A DNA stretch of 64,000 nt from Antedon mediterranea (taxonomy: Eukaryota; Animalia; Echinodermata): positions 13,392,001 to 13,456,000 of the forward strand of contig NC_092671.1 of the NCBI RefSeq assembly GCF_964355755.1, read 5' to 3'. The notes under the pieces were generated by a model. That model saw nothing but the letters and a program-made list of their open reading frames with translations, was not told the origin of the DNA and ran no database searches. This document shows, piece after piece, positions 1 through 25,200 of this stretch. A program made the translations under genes and the position numbers. The first letter of the stretch is position 1. Every line of letters starts with the position of its first letter.

Positions 1-29
1 TGTATCTATATCTATTTTGCAGTGTATAT

Positions 30-11951
<11,922 letters not shown>

Positions 11952-14900
11952 AGATCAAAGAGCAAGGTAGTTATTGCGTTGTTTGAGAGATTGCTTTGCT
12001 TATGTTGGTAATTCAAGAAGTTATCGTCGCATTTATTTTCATAAACACGATTATATTTCTCCCTTTCCTTCGGGTTTGGAAAGGGAGTCAGTATAATCAG
12101 CAAGTTTTTAAAATTTATTATTATTATTTAAGATAATTTATATGATAATTTGGTAGATTAAAATCAAGGTTTTTTCAAGTGATTTTTGTTAGTCGGTTAG
12201 TGTTATGTTGGGGTTTTTGAGTGTTTTTAGAACGGGTTTAATGATAGTCTAAAGATGTTGTTACTACTGACCAAAACGTTTTATAAATAACTACTAATAT
12301 TCCACCTATATAATTATATTGTGTACATATAGCTGTAATAAATTCGTCAAAAGAAGGTAAATAAGGTTTCCTAATTATAATGAAAGTTTTTGTATTTTTG
12401 AATTTATATTGACATTTATAGTATAAAGATTGAACGTTGTTTTAAGAGGAAAAAATATGCACGAGTATGAGAGTCAGAGTGATATACAGTATAGTATCTG
12501 TTATGGATAAACAGGTCTTCCTCAATTTAATATGTTTTAGAGTATATTAGGAGTAAAATATTCCTGAATGATTCTGGAAAATACAGAACAAAAAAGGTTT
12601 AACATTATCAGCAATGCAATACCGGTACTTTTAATACTGCTGTATATAGGAGTGTTTAGTAAATAATTCATGAGAAGAAGTAAATTTTATCAAATAATTA
12701 TATATAGTTAAGAATGCATTAGACTTAATATTAATTCATACCTATCAATACATTCATACATTTCCAAATATAAATATCGAAGAGTATATTAAGAACACAA
12801 TAACGTGGGTTTTGTATTTTTGATTAGATTTTAAGCGTTGATATTCTGTGCCTTTTATTTATATTATGGCATTAGCAGTGCAGTGAACGGTTATAGCTTT
12901 AATATTAGTATATGCGGGAAAGAAGAAAAGAACCTTTTCTATCAACTGTATGTTCTATTAGAAGGTTAGTTACGTCACTTAAGTACAAATGGGTTGGCGT
13001 GAGTGAGAGAAAATCAGAACAGTGTAGAAAGATATTTGACAAAACGCCAACGTCTGCCACGTTTAAGACAGGTTCTGGATTTTCTACGTAATACACGTTT
13101 ATATCAAAATATTGAAGGTTTATTTTCAATTATTATTTTATAAATAAACGGACCTAAGATATAATACTACTCGTTCATTGAGATTATACATTGGCCATAG
13201 ACCTACTTTAGTTATACAATTAAAATTAAAATTTAATAATTAATTTCGATTTCACAATGCTTTACCAAAGACATGAAATGTAACCGACAGTACAGACTGA
13301 CAGTACAGAGACATACAAAGCGACCGTATACGACATCACACAGCAACCACGCATTCAGTGAAATTGAATCCAATTCTAAACCATTATCCTTGTTCAAACG
13401 TAATTTTTACTAAAATACTAATAGAAACAATTATTCAGGCCTATCTATTTTTGTTGACAATTAATTAAATTAATATATATGATGTAAAGTTGTAATGATA
13501 TCAATAACCAACATAGATAATAAATGTAAATATGCATACCAATATTTTGCATATAGCAAAGTTTGACATACACAATGTAAAAACTATATCAACAGTGACG
13601 TCATAAGCAATAAAACAGTAACAAACAAATGCAGTAGAATCATTTTAATAGTTTAAACGATTAAAGTAATTGTTTTTATGGACTTTTTGGCATATTTTTC
13701 TTCTTTGTTTTATCAAAAAAAAAATCTTATAAATCATTAACATGCTTATCGTACAATCTATTATAAGTCAAAATTGTACGGAAGTAGATGAATAAATTAA
13801 ATTAACAAAATGTGTAAACTTTTGAATATCTTTTATAATAACAATTATTGTGTTAAATAAATATATAATCTTGTACATCATGCACGTATTTAGCATTAGT
13901 CACCTGGAATAGGCCTAAATGGCAAGATAACGATGGGTTAAGTCTTTCAAACGTTTAGTGTGGTGAGAGAAACGGTGTATATCTCCATTATAATCAATTT
14001 TGTGTACATTTTATGTAGATTATCTTACCTTTTTATAGTCTAATAATGTGTTGTTAGAAATTGTTGAATGATGGTGGTCGGGTAACGAGACGATTAAATA
14101 CGTCTCGTCAACCAACCACCACCTAACCCTTCAAACAATACATTTTATATTTAGGTTAATGTTTAAGATATGATCAAAGACTTTTTAATAGAGTGGTGCT
14201 CTTTACAATGACATATTAAACAGTTCCATTTTAGTTGTGTTAAGTATTAGTTAGGTCAAATTATTGGAGGGTACTGCTGGCGCCTCCTTTACATTTACCG
14301 CGATTTATCAAATTCGTATAATTGGAGATCTGATATTTAGTCTCATGACTATTGACGGTCATCGGGGGAACGATTGAGTGGTCTTTTAAAAAATATTGAT
14401 TTTATTTGAGTGACTGTTTATGGAAATTAAATGAATATATATGTATAGGCCTATTTTTAACAGCAAAGACAATAAATGCTTTGTAGGCTTAAAAGTGAAA
14501 CTAATTTGGTATATAGTAAGACAAATTCCAAATACTGTGTCAAATTTGAACCCAGAACATGGGATTTGTAAGTAAGAAACCAAGAAAAACACTACTAGGC
14601 CTACTCGTATACTCTATAGCCAATAAAGCACATATTAAGTGCAGGTTTACAGATAATATATTGACTTACATAACTTAATTAGCTGCTACAGAAATATAGG
14701 CCTGCATTAAAGTTCTAAATAAGTTATTTTGCTCTATCGTTGTGCCTTCCATAACACAGTTTACTTAATGTATCGTTTCTCGTTATGTACTTTTATATTA
14801 TTTTTGGTTTCATGTATAATGAATTACATTTCTTTTATGGTTTATCTAATAATATGAAATAAAGAAAAGGATTAATCCTTTGTCTTGAAACATGTTTTAT

Positions 14901-15030
14901 TGTATTATTATAAAATCAGAACCAATTGTTGTGTGTGCTAAGTAGGCCTACAAACTTAGTAACTTAGTGCGACAGATATAGCCTAGTTTGGTGTCGCATC
15001 GCAAATGCATTCGACCAAACAAACAAGAAA

Positions 15031-18000
15031 ATGGTATGTCGGAATGATTTGTAGTATGAAGCAACGAAGTACCTTAGCGATTTGCATACAAGTGCTTCAA
15101 TAAGCGAAACAAAATTCCACACTTAGAAAGGTTGACAGTTCACAATAGTTCGTCTTTCGGAATGTTAGCCAGTGGAAAGTATGTTCAGTTCTCATGTACA
15201 AGAATACTGCCTGGCAACTGCACTGTACAGCAGGCAGGTTGATGTCGATGAGTTCTGTAGTGCCGTGCCCTTTGATGAGGTAAGTGAACACGTTCATCAT
15301 TAAGTAGGCCTAAAATTTACAGATAGGCATACTTTTCTCCCAAATGTTCATCTTAGAAATGTCGCTCATCAGTGCTGTTAACGCCCATGCCACCTGGTTC
15401 AAATAGTTCGATAGAGGCTAAATATCAACCGCCAAACCGAAATCAATAGTAAGGCGAACATCACGCAATATCAGCGGGATACACCACCGGTATCCATCCA
15501 GGTGAATATATATAATTATAGTTTCTACTATATTGTATTGTTTGTAATTTTATAGAGCTTTTCAAGATGTTTGTTCAAGTATTTCGACAAAAATGGAGAT
15601 GGTTGGTTGAGGTTATCGAGTGTGGTTCAGTACATCGGTGAATTCGAGTCGTTGCCACCAATTAAAAAACTACGATATATTTTTGAAGTCACTGATGTTG
15701 AAGGTACGTATTTAGAATTACGTGCACAATTTTTATCTGACGCATCAAGTTATTTTACAAATAAGAATACAAAGCGCATCAGTGTTGATTAATGTGCATC
15801 GATTGCTTTATTTATGAAAACTCTTTTGTTTTAATTCCTCTAATATTGTATTGAGACCGGTGTTGTTGCATTTTACACTTGTTATCGTGGTCATCTCAAC
15901 AGTTCGTGATGACTTTTGAGTTCATAATCTGTGCTGCTTTTATAATGCTTAACTGTATGTACGGTAATACATAAATTAAACATTATCTCCAAATTCACGG
16001 ATTCCACCACAATCACGTGTAAAGTATTCTTTTGTCATAATTTCTAATACAGTAGATAAATCAAGGATGAAGCTGTACATCATTAAAGGTTACAGTGTAT
16101 TTATCCTTTTACGGTGAATTGGAGATACTTGAGTATAAGTACGCATTTCAACCCGTGTTATCTATCTAGTCAATCAAGTGCTGTTTGAACTTGCTACATT
16201 TCGCAACAATGTCAATCTTGAATCAAGTTTCTACCATTACAAATATCAAACAAATAGGCATATAATCGATATTGTAACTAAAGATAACGCACGAAGAAAT
16301 GAGTAAACCAGCATATGTGTTTAATTACCTGACTTTAATTCCGGACAATTAATATTAGTTTGGTCAAACATTCTGTATGGGTTAGAGGTCTCGCATATAT
16401 ACTAAATCCCAAAGAAGATGATTTTTGTTCTTGCCTAATCCGAAATACATTTTATACTGTATATAAACAATAACGTTCACAATAACAAAATCGACATTGT
16501 AGTTTTAAAGGAATGGTACACCGTGATATGTTCATGTATTCTTTACAGGTACTGGTCTGTTAACAATGCCTGCGCTACACAAGTATCTGAAACTGTGGGC
16601 CGATGTTCAATCGTCTGGACTTACATGTTCACAAACACACTCAGTTGCTAGTTCCATTTTCACAAGTCTTGGAAATACAAATTTAGTGTCTTTTGAAGAA
16701 GTGATCGTGAAAATAGAAGACAACAAAGCATTAATGTCTGTTATCATGAGGTAATGTACAAAATTGTTTCATTTGTAGAGAAAAGTGGAGAGAGATTAAA
16801 GCCATTTGCCTGAAAATTCACTCGAAATAAGTAAAATTACATTCTGCTCAATCTTCAAAGACGACAGATTGCCCAAAAAGTAAAACCAAACGTTTTTTTT
16901 TAGATAATGTTCCATGCTTACAACAAAATCTTTACTTTTAGTCTTCAAGAGAACCAACTTGTGTCATCCACTAAGCCGCTAGCAAATAGGAAAACTCGGA
17001 CACGCAGGTTACCATTCAAACTTCCTCGCCGTTTCTGTTCTTATAAGTATATCAGTTACAATATAAGAAAGATTTTGATGTTCCTACTGATTTTCTTGCT
17101 TAATATATTCATGACTGTCTATGGAGGATGGAAATACAGAGAAAGCAACTGGTTTGTAATTGTAGGTAAGTATAGAAGAGATTGTAGGTAAGAGATGTGT
17201 TATAAAATAAAACATGTGAAAGCCTTTTGTTGTCTTTCAAAAATAAAATGACTTATGTTTCCTCAGCTCGTGGTTGTGGGGCTTCTTTGAATCTGGCTGT
17301 TACACTGGTAATCATATTCATGTTGCGGTACTGGTGGACCCTGTTACGAAGAACTTGGATGGCGAAATATTTGCCGATGGATAATTTTCAGATGTTCCAC
17401 AAGATGCTTGGTGTATTAGTTGCGTTGTATTCAATAGTCCACACAGGCGCTCATATTGGAAATGCAGGCATGTAGTCTAACAGGCAGCAGTGTTTTTCTT
17501 AGAACAAAAAAAAAATACTACAAATAGTGGCAATAGTGGTTTGCCATAGCAATAGAATGATACACCTAGGTGTATCAATGGGAACTCGGTTAAATGAAGC
17601 GAAACTTTGCGCTTATTACTACCGGCATTATGGGAGTATGGTTCTATACGCGTTTGAAAAAAAAAATGACTGGGGTAATATAATGTTCAGCGCAACATTA
17701 GGCGCTATATAAATCCAGGATATTATTATTATTAAACGGTTGTTTTTTGGTTGTTCTCTTTTCTAGTTACAGTGGCACAATCATCGGAAAATGAACTTGG
17801 GGTTTTTGACGTGTTATTCACTACAAAAGCAGGAGTAGGTTATATCAAGCACAGTGCTTACATTACTGGATGGGTGTTATCCTTGTGTCTTTTTATTCTC
17901 GTCGTTGGATCACTGGACTTTATACGCCAATCCCATTTTCATGTAATCTTTCTTTAATTTATTTGAAATATATTTAATTAATTAGTTGTATTTATATTCA

Positions 18001-21000
18001 CACGTCACATATAGTGATAGGTCATAAGATTAGAAATGTACTAAGTATTACGAATCTTTGGTAATTACAATTACTTAGTCACGTAGAAAATCCCGTTTTG
18101 TTTATTTAATAAAAGAATTTCAACCTAGGTTATGGCAAATGAAAATATATTCACGGTTCTCTGCACTACACTTGTTACTTTAAATGAATGTCTGAACAAA
18201 CATCTAAACGTAATTGCGTCCTGTGTCCTTTTTTCTCCACTATAGATTTTCTTCTTGAGCCATCTGTTCTACCTGCCTTTTGTTACAATTCTGATACTAC
18301 ATGGGCCTAGGTTTTGGAAGTTTTTTGTAATTCCTGGAACATTGTTTGTTTTGGAAAAGATATGGAGTAGTGAGTTATTGAAGCGACTACGGTATGGATT
18401 AACTTACGCCGAAGAGGTTCATTTGCTTCCTAACGGGGTAAGTTACTGAAATGAGCCATACACACATTCTAGTCCAGTGGCCGTATTCACCAATCTCACT
18501 TAGGCTAAGGGAAAAAATTATAAAATAAATTATAATAAAATTTAAGAATTCCCTTAACAAAGGGAAACACTTAAGGGGTATTCACAAATGAGTTAAGGGA
18601 TTCACTTACCTAAGGAAAACACTTAATTTAAGGGTAAAACTTAAGGGTAAAAATAATCATAAATATTCATGAGTTGTCCCATTGTCCAATCACAGAGGAT
18701 TTAATTCCCCTATGGTCCAATCACTTTCCTCTCTAAAACTAATTTGCATATTTAAAAAAAGAGTAAGGGATTTGGGGGTTGGGAAGGATGAAGAGAAAAC
18801 TTTTGTTAAAGTTAGTCCGCCATTTTGAAATCAAAATGGCGGCCACTTACCATGGTCGAAAAAATGGCACCAAAGTTTTTCTTGTTCAATTCTGAGTCAG
18901 AAAAACGTTGGTGCCGACAATTAACATCAAAAGCCTACAAAATGACATAAGCCCCTGGATTATTCTATAGTTTTGAAATAGGACCAATTTAAGCTCAATT
19001 GTATAAACATATTACTAAAAACAAACGAATCACATTTATCGACATGGAGTTTGGGTAAGTTGTCAAGTTAATAATTATTGGCGAAAGAAGTCAACTTGTA
19101 CGGGTAAATGACGGGTTTTTTTTTGGTTTTTTTAGGTTGTTCATTTAAAGATGACTAGACATCGTAATTTTGTGTTTAATCCTGGAGACTACGTATTTCT
19201 ACACATACCGATTCTTCAGAAATATGAATGGCATCCGTTTACGATTAGCAGCTCTCCCGACGACGATGGTAATTGAATATTTAGTATCAACGATATCTAA
19301 ATCTAGACGTAATTATAGCGCAACGTAAAATATAACCTAATACTAAAGAGCACTGTGTTCCGATAATATATATGATATGGTGGATAATTTAAAGATGTTG
19401 AACTGCACCAGTTTTGAAAAGAATATGTTATATTTCAATAGGCCTATTCACAGATACGTACGCTATTTCCTTTCTGTACTATAGCATTCTTGTTAACAGT
19501 ACTATTCTTTTTCTTTAGCGACAATATCGTGTCACATTCGCACATTGGGTGATTGGACAAAGAGTTTGTACAAGTTTTTCGAGGCTCGTAAAGGAGAGCA
19601 AATGGTAGACAACTTCAGAGTAGAACAGACCGAAAAAACAACAAGTAAGTCAAATAATCCAGCTGAATCTGGTCCCACTGTTATGAGGGTTAGACGTAGA
19701 AGTACTTCCTCAATTCGTGCAACACCCACCTTAGAAAAAATAAATGAGGCCGAGAACGAACGAACCGTCACCGACGTAATACGACCGGTACGACAACCAG
19801 GAGAAGCTCGGCAAAAACCACCGGGATATTGTCAGGTAACAGGACTTTGTTCCGCTCAAGAAAAGCTTGAGGAGCTCAGAAGACAAGAAACTTTACTTAT
19901 GATTGAGGATGAGGTTCAAGAGGACGTCATCTATACTAAAAAGGAGAATGTGTCAGACCGTAGGAAATTATATGTAAGCTTAAGATAATATGATGAATCA
20001 AAGAAATTGTTAATATCAAATATCAATATGTTTAAACATTGTAACTTGACGAAATATGTGAACAATCTAAACCTGAATAAATTGAGAAAGCTTGATATTC
20101 GGTCAAAATACCTCAACAGTAGGCTATTTTGGAGATAATATTCTAAGTAGGATAATATCGTTTAACTCGAGTGTAAAATGTTAAACCATGTAAGTGGATA
20201 ATGATCTTGAACTGATCAACAAATGCTTTGAACATAATGCACAATAATTATTTATCTGTATATTGTGTAATATTGTTGTTGCAGCACAATTCAAGGGATT
20301 CGACATGGAAAAGCAAAAGTATTCGACATTCTATTTCAACGCAAACCAGTTGTGATTTAAATACCAATGAAATCAACATTGTATCGAAAATATCTGACGA
20401 TGCTGAAAAACTAAGGGTATTTTGAGCACTTATTAAATACAATTAACGTGCATGTTCTTAATGTATAGGTTATGTAACCACTGCGGTAACTCTATTTCAT
20501 TATCTTTGAATCAACTACTCTCTTCTTGTCTTTTACATCTTATTTCATTTTCTGTAGGTGTACATTGACGGGCCGTATGCAACTCAATCTTGTCGTGTGT
20601 TTGAGACCGATCACGCCGTTCTTGTCGCTACCGGTATCGGGGTTACACCATTTGCATCGATACTATACAGTATTTTACATCGCTATCGTAATTCTAAGTC
20701 AACATGCCCTTCATGCAATTATACGTGGCTAAATGGAAAACTCCGGTATTTAAACCGTTTAAAAAAGGTAGAGTGGTACTTCCGTTCTCTTGGGTCTTTC
20801 CCTTCAGATGTTTTCAGTTGGTGACACATCTTGTTTTTTATCCTTGCTGCCCTTGGAGTGGTGTTGCCCATCTCATCTTCGTCAACATTGGGTTTCCCAT
20901 TCTCATCAATTAATATGTACGAAAATATGTGTTCTCCTTACAGGTTGATTTTATTTGGATAAATCGTGACTCTAAATCTTTCGAATGGTTTGTTGGGTTG

Positions 21001-21610
21001 CTAACTCAACTGGAGCATCAACAACAAGAGACGGTCTTCTCAGACTTTCTCACAATCCACTTGTACATGACCTCACAACCACACAAAGATGATACTCGTG
21101 ACCTTGCACTGCAGATGGCCCTAGATCGCATGTGTCACCAAGATACTGGTGACGTAATCACTGGACTGAAGACAAGAACTAAAATTGGACGACCAAACTG
21201 GGAAGAGGTCAATATTCTTTTATTCTCTTTTAATTAGAAATGCTTGCTCTTGATTAATAATACCTTTTCACATCGCCTTAAACTCCAAAGTCTACACACT
21301 CCACACCACACACCATACAAAACGGCTATGTGAAAGGGGTATAATTTTAATTATACAAAATGTTAACGATGTTTGTGCTAATTTAGTAACGTTAAATTCC
21401 ATTTCTTTATTTACGTTATCTACTTGTGCCCAAGGAAACTTTCGGAATATCTTAAGTTTACGACTCTTTTTTATATAGTTGATGCTGTCAATCAAGAAGA
21501 AACGTACTGGTAAAGTTAAGGTGTTTTTCTGTGGTCCAACCGTATTGGCAAACACAATCAAGTTACACGCACAAAATTGTGGATTTTTGTTCTGCAAAGA
21601 GATATTTTGA
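15031..21610 (+). CDS. NOX5-like tandem paralog (copy B) with degenerate EF-hands; 14 coding exons, ~860 aa
   Basis: Exons 15031-15033 (ATG only, least certain; an in-frame ATG at 15181 is an alternative), 15169-15279, 15556-15703, 16549-16750, 16942-17165, 17267-17467 (GC donor), 17767-17942, 18246-18437, 19136-19268, 19519-19973, 20285-20416, 20558-20767, 20944-21207, 21479-21610; 2583 nt, open frame. Intron phases match copy A and several exon sizes are identical (201, 192, 133, 264, 132). ARGCG, FHKML...HTGAH, LSHLF...LHGP, HPFTISS, ATGIGVTPF, FFCGP and KEIF* are retained. Confidence 0.92.
18479..18810. mobile_element. MITE family 2 fragment (terminus GGCCGTATTCACCAATC), with TAAGGG subterminal repeats
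   Basis: Similar terminus and TAAGGG/CCCTTA motifs recur at 61322-61487, where both ends are visible. Confidence 0.55.
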
Positions 21611-21865
21611 ATAGAATAAATAAAATAAATGTTTAGTATATTTTATTCTTGAATAATTTGCATGGTTTCTTATACAAAGCGGTCCTAATTGTTTATAATA
21701 ATCAAGAAATATGTGTAAAACCTTAGGCCTAACTAAAAAAAGTGAATATAAATTAAATAATTATTATAGGCCTTATTATATTGAATAAAGATTACAATGC
21801 AATGACAGAGAGATTTTTTTTTGTCCGATTTTGGCAGGAAGACTGAAGCAATTCAGTGAAAACTG

Positions 21866-21983
21866 ACAAGGACATATACATGGCTGCAGTCGCGTGCTTA
21901 AGTTAGTGTTTACCGACCGACCGACCGACCGACCGACCGACCGACATAGTGAGCTGTAGAGCCGCGTTGTACGCGACTAAAAA
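21866..21983 (+). mobile_element. Helentron-associated (HINE/DINE-1-like) element end containing a (GACC)n microsatellite
   Basis: (GACC)~8 at 21912-21945, then a short terminal hairpin agccgcgt-tgt-acgcgact and an A-run; this architecture is typical of HINEs. A second copy lies inverted at 5386-5465. Confidence 0.65.
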
Positions 21984-22242
21984 CCAAAACATCATTTTAC
22001 TTAGGAATCGCCTACTAATATTAAGTTAAGTTGGCAAGATCGATTATGTTTCAATGTTTCTGATTGCTTATACTGCCCTCTATAAAGGCTTCTCACAAAA
22101 GTGTCGTTCGTACTTGAATGTCACTAGACTAAGCACTCACCATAGAGATCGTACACACGCTGAGGATACACCTGTGTGCTCTCACTAACCCGGTAGTTTT
22201 ATAATTTATTTTTTTGGGTTGTCATCTTACATAATATCTACA

Positions 22243-25200
22243 ATGAGGAATCGAACGATTTGTATACTTGCAATTGGTACGTACACGCATTTTTAATCAA
22301 ACGTTATAATGTAGACCTATCTATTGTATACTATTTAAGTAAGTTAGTTTCCAGGCTACAGTTACGATTAGTTTATTGTTTTAATGACTAAATGATGAAA
22401 GTTTTAATAGTTAATGTTATTTATACTTTGTATTAATATTGTCGGTGTCAAATACTATGCACATTTTCAAGATTACTACCGTGCACTATTCTACAAGATA
22501 CTAAAACCATATTGTAAAAATGTTTTTTACTTACAGTAATACTTTGGTTCTCATGGGTTGCATTCCCACGACCACCCAGGGTTATCAAACCAGTGAATCC
22601 AAATGACCCTACTAATCTACCAGACCAGGTCACAAAGAATGTGTTAGTAATCGGTAAGTATGTTTGTTAATACTGTAATATATTCGATATAATAATCTTC
22701 AATGCTTTTAAACCCATTACTTTTTTACATTTTTTTTTTATTAATGGTACGTACTGATTTTATCAGTGGTACCAATTTTATCTAACGGTATCCAATCCTA
22801 TTTTTGTTATTGTTTATTTGGTCTTTTTCAATATGTACATTTAAAAAAACTGAATTGGGAGACCAGGGTCGATTGAACTAAATCACTGCCGAATTATCCA
22901 ACCCCATTTCAGTTTACACCATAAAACAAATCAATTAAAAAAATGAAATGAGTACTAAATGTACAATTAATCAAAATCAAAATATAAACTTTTCTAAAGC
23001 CGATTTTCCACTAGGCGAATTTGTTCGAGCGAATCGAATGCGTCAGGTTATACGCATGCGTAGATAGGGATTTGGAAGATGGAAACATGAATACGCATGC
23101 GTATAAGCTAACGCTTTCGATTCGCGCTAACAAATTCGCCTAGTGGAAAATCAGCTTAAGAAAAGAAGATGGGCTTTTTAGGCCATATTATTGGTGGTGC
23201 TTGGTGGTGTAGTGCCTGTTATTTGCGTGATTTGTAAGTAATGGTGGCAATGATTGGCTAAACCTTTTCCTTTGGTAATAGGCGGTGGTCTTGCTGGTTT
23301 ATCAGCAGCATTAGAGTTGTCTGAAAGAGGTTTCAATGTTTCGATTAAGGAAGCCGATACTGTAGTTGGCGGAAGACTGCATACGAAAGATGTGAAGTTA
23401 CTGAACCAAACATGGCCAATTGAGACTGGTTTTCATGGTAAAATTAATAGCTAAATTACAATTTTTTTAAAGCCTACATTGGTACAGGTTTACTATATTA
23501 ACAATACCAAAACATATCTAATAGGTCTTTTTTCCGAATATACAAGGTACGATCGGATCGCCGCCATATTCAAAATGTAATTCTCGAATATGGCCTTGCT
23601 CAAAGTTACAAATTAAGCATGACCCTGTTGGCACGGCTGCCGTTAATCTATTGTTCGGGTTTTCTTATAACTATCCTCGCACTGCAGATGATGTTGCTTC
23701 TTCTAATCCGACACACTTTTAATTTCAGCATGGTTCAATAACTATTTCCAATCACATGACATTTTGGAGAGGCTTGGAGTGAAGTCCAATTTCAGAAGAT
23801 GGGAGGCTGTGGACTATATATTCAGGGACTATGAACCTGAGAGCATTTACAGCAAAGGACCATATCCATTAAATCTATTTGGTAATAAAGATTATTCCAT
23901 TATTTATTTGATCAATATTTACATAACAAAAAATAAATAAACCACCGTGGTTGAGCCACGACACGTGCCCTATTAGGGCTAATCATGAATGCATTAGGGC
24001 CTATGAAAATGTATTGAAAGTTTGAATTACATTTAGGTCTGATACACCGCAGTCCAAATATGAAACTGACCGATGCATTACACAGTGTGAAATCTCTGGT
24101 GGATCTTGCCTATTTCCAGTATGATACCATATTCGAAAAGTATGCTAATACTACACTTGGTAAGTATAAATGAACAGTACGAAAACAAATCTTAATTCGA
24201 GAATAATCCCATAAATAATGTATGTGTATATTATTACCACGTAAGTGTATTAAAATAGTCAGAATTGGTGGGTATTTGTCATGTTTAATAATTAAAAATA
24301 ATTAATTTAATCAACCAACCCATCAATGATAACATTAAATTAATTTCAATATTTTTCATTTATATTTCATGTATTTTGCAGAGGAGTGGGCTAGGGACAA
24401 AGACGTACCACAGTCATTCTACGATATACTGATGAAGCCTATTCTATCCGTGACACTTAATCGTCGAGATATCTTTAGTGCAGCCGAGATGCTAACATAT
24501 AACCAAATATACTTTTTAAGTGACTCGAGCGTAAGCATAATAGGCCGAATTCAACATTTACCTTATTTATTGATCATATTTTACCATTATAATTATCAAC
24601 AATTATTTTGTTGTAATTGTTATATCATTGACTGTTGATTTAATAACCTATATGCACTTGGACCTTTTGTAGGCTGATCATAGAATAATAACTACAAAGA
24701 ATTTCCAAGACGCTGTCATCGGACCATGGACTCAATTGTTACTTTCGTATGGGGTCCGGTAAGTAAACGAATGTTCAAAAATTTATTTTGACGATGTGTT
24801 TTGTATAGGGGAAACGATTGGTTTGCCACAGGGTGGTGGTAAGACTAAGAGGATACAAGAGGTGCTAACAAGTGTAATCTTGATAGTGCATATGTTAAGT
24901 CTAAGGGAAGCGAAATAATACACTATAAAGCAGTAGAATCCTTATCAAGGAGACACATTCGACACACAACAAAGTGTCCCCTTAATAGGTGTGTTCCCCT
25001 GAATAGTGTTGAGCCGTAATGTTAAAACATATATGGTTCTTGTTTAGCTTCACATAAAAGAAGTCCTAATTTATTTTAGTGTCTTAGAATAGGGATTCTC
25101 TATTCCTATTTGTTAATGTGCTAAACTAATGTTTTTTTTTCTTCAGAATTCAGTTAAATACAAAGGTAGAACAACTTGTTATGAATAACGATGGGAGCAA

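Noticed and set aside
15357-15501. Exon-like block (AG...CAG|gtgaat, ATG at 15359, MSLISAVNAHATWFK*) as the first exon of NOX5 copy B
   Set aside because: It has stops in all three frames. The 15169-15279 exon aligns better with copy A (VDVDEFCSAV versus IDFDEFKTAL) and has a strong GTAAGT donor in the right phase.
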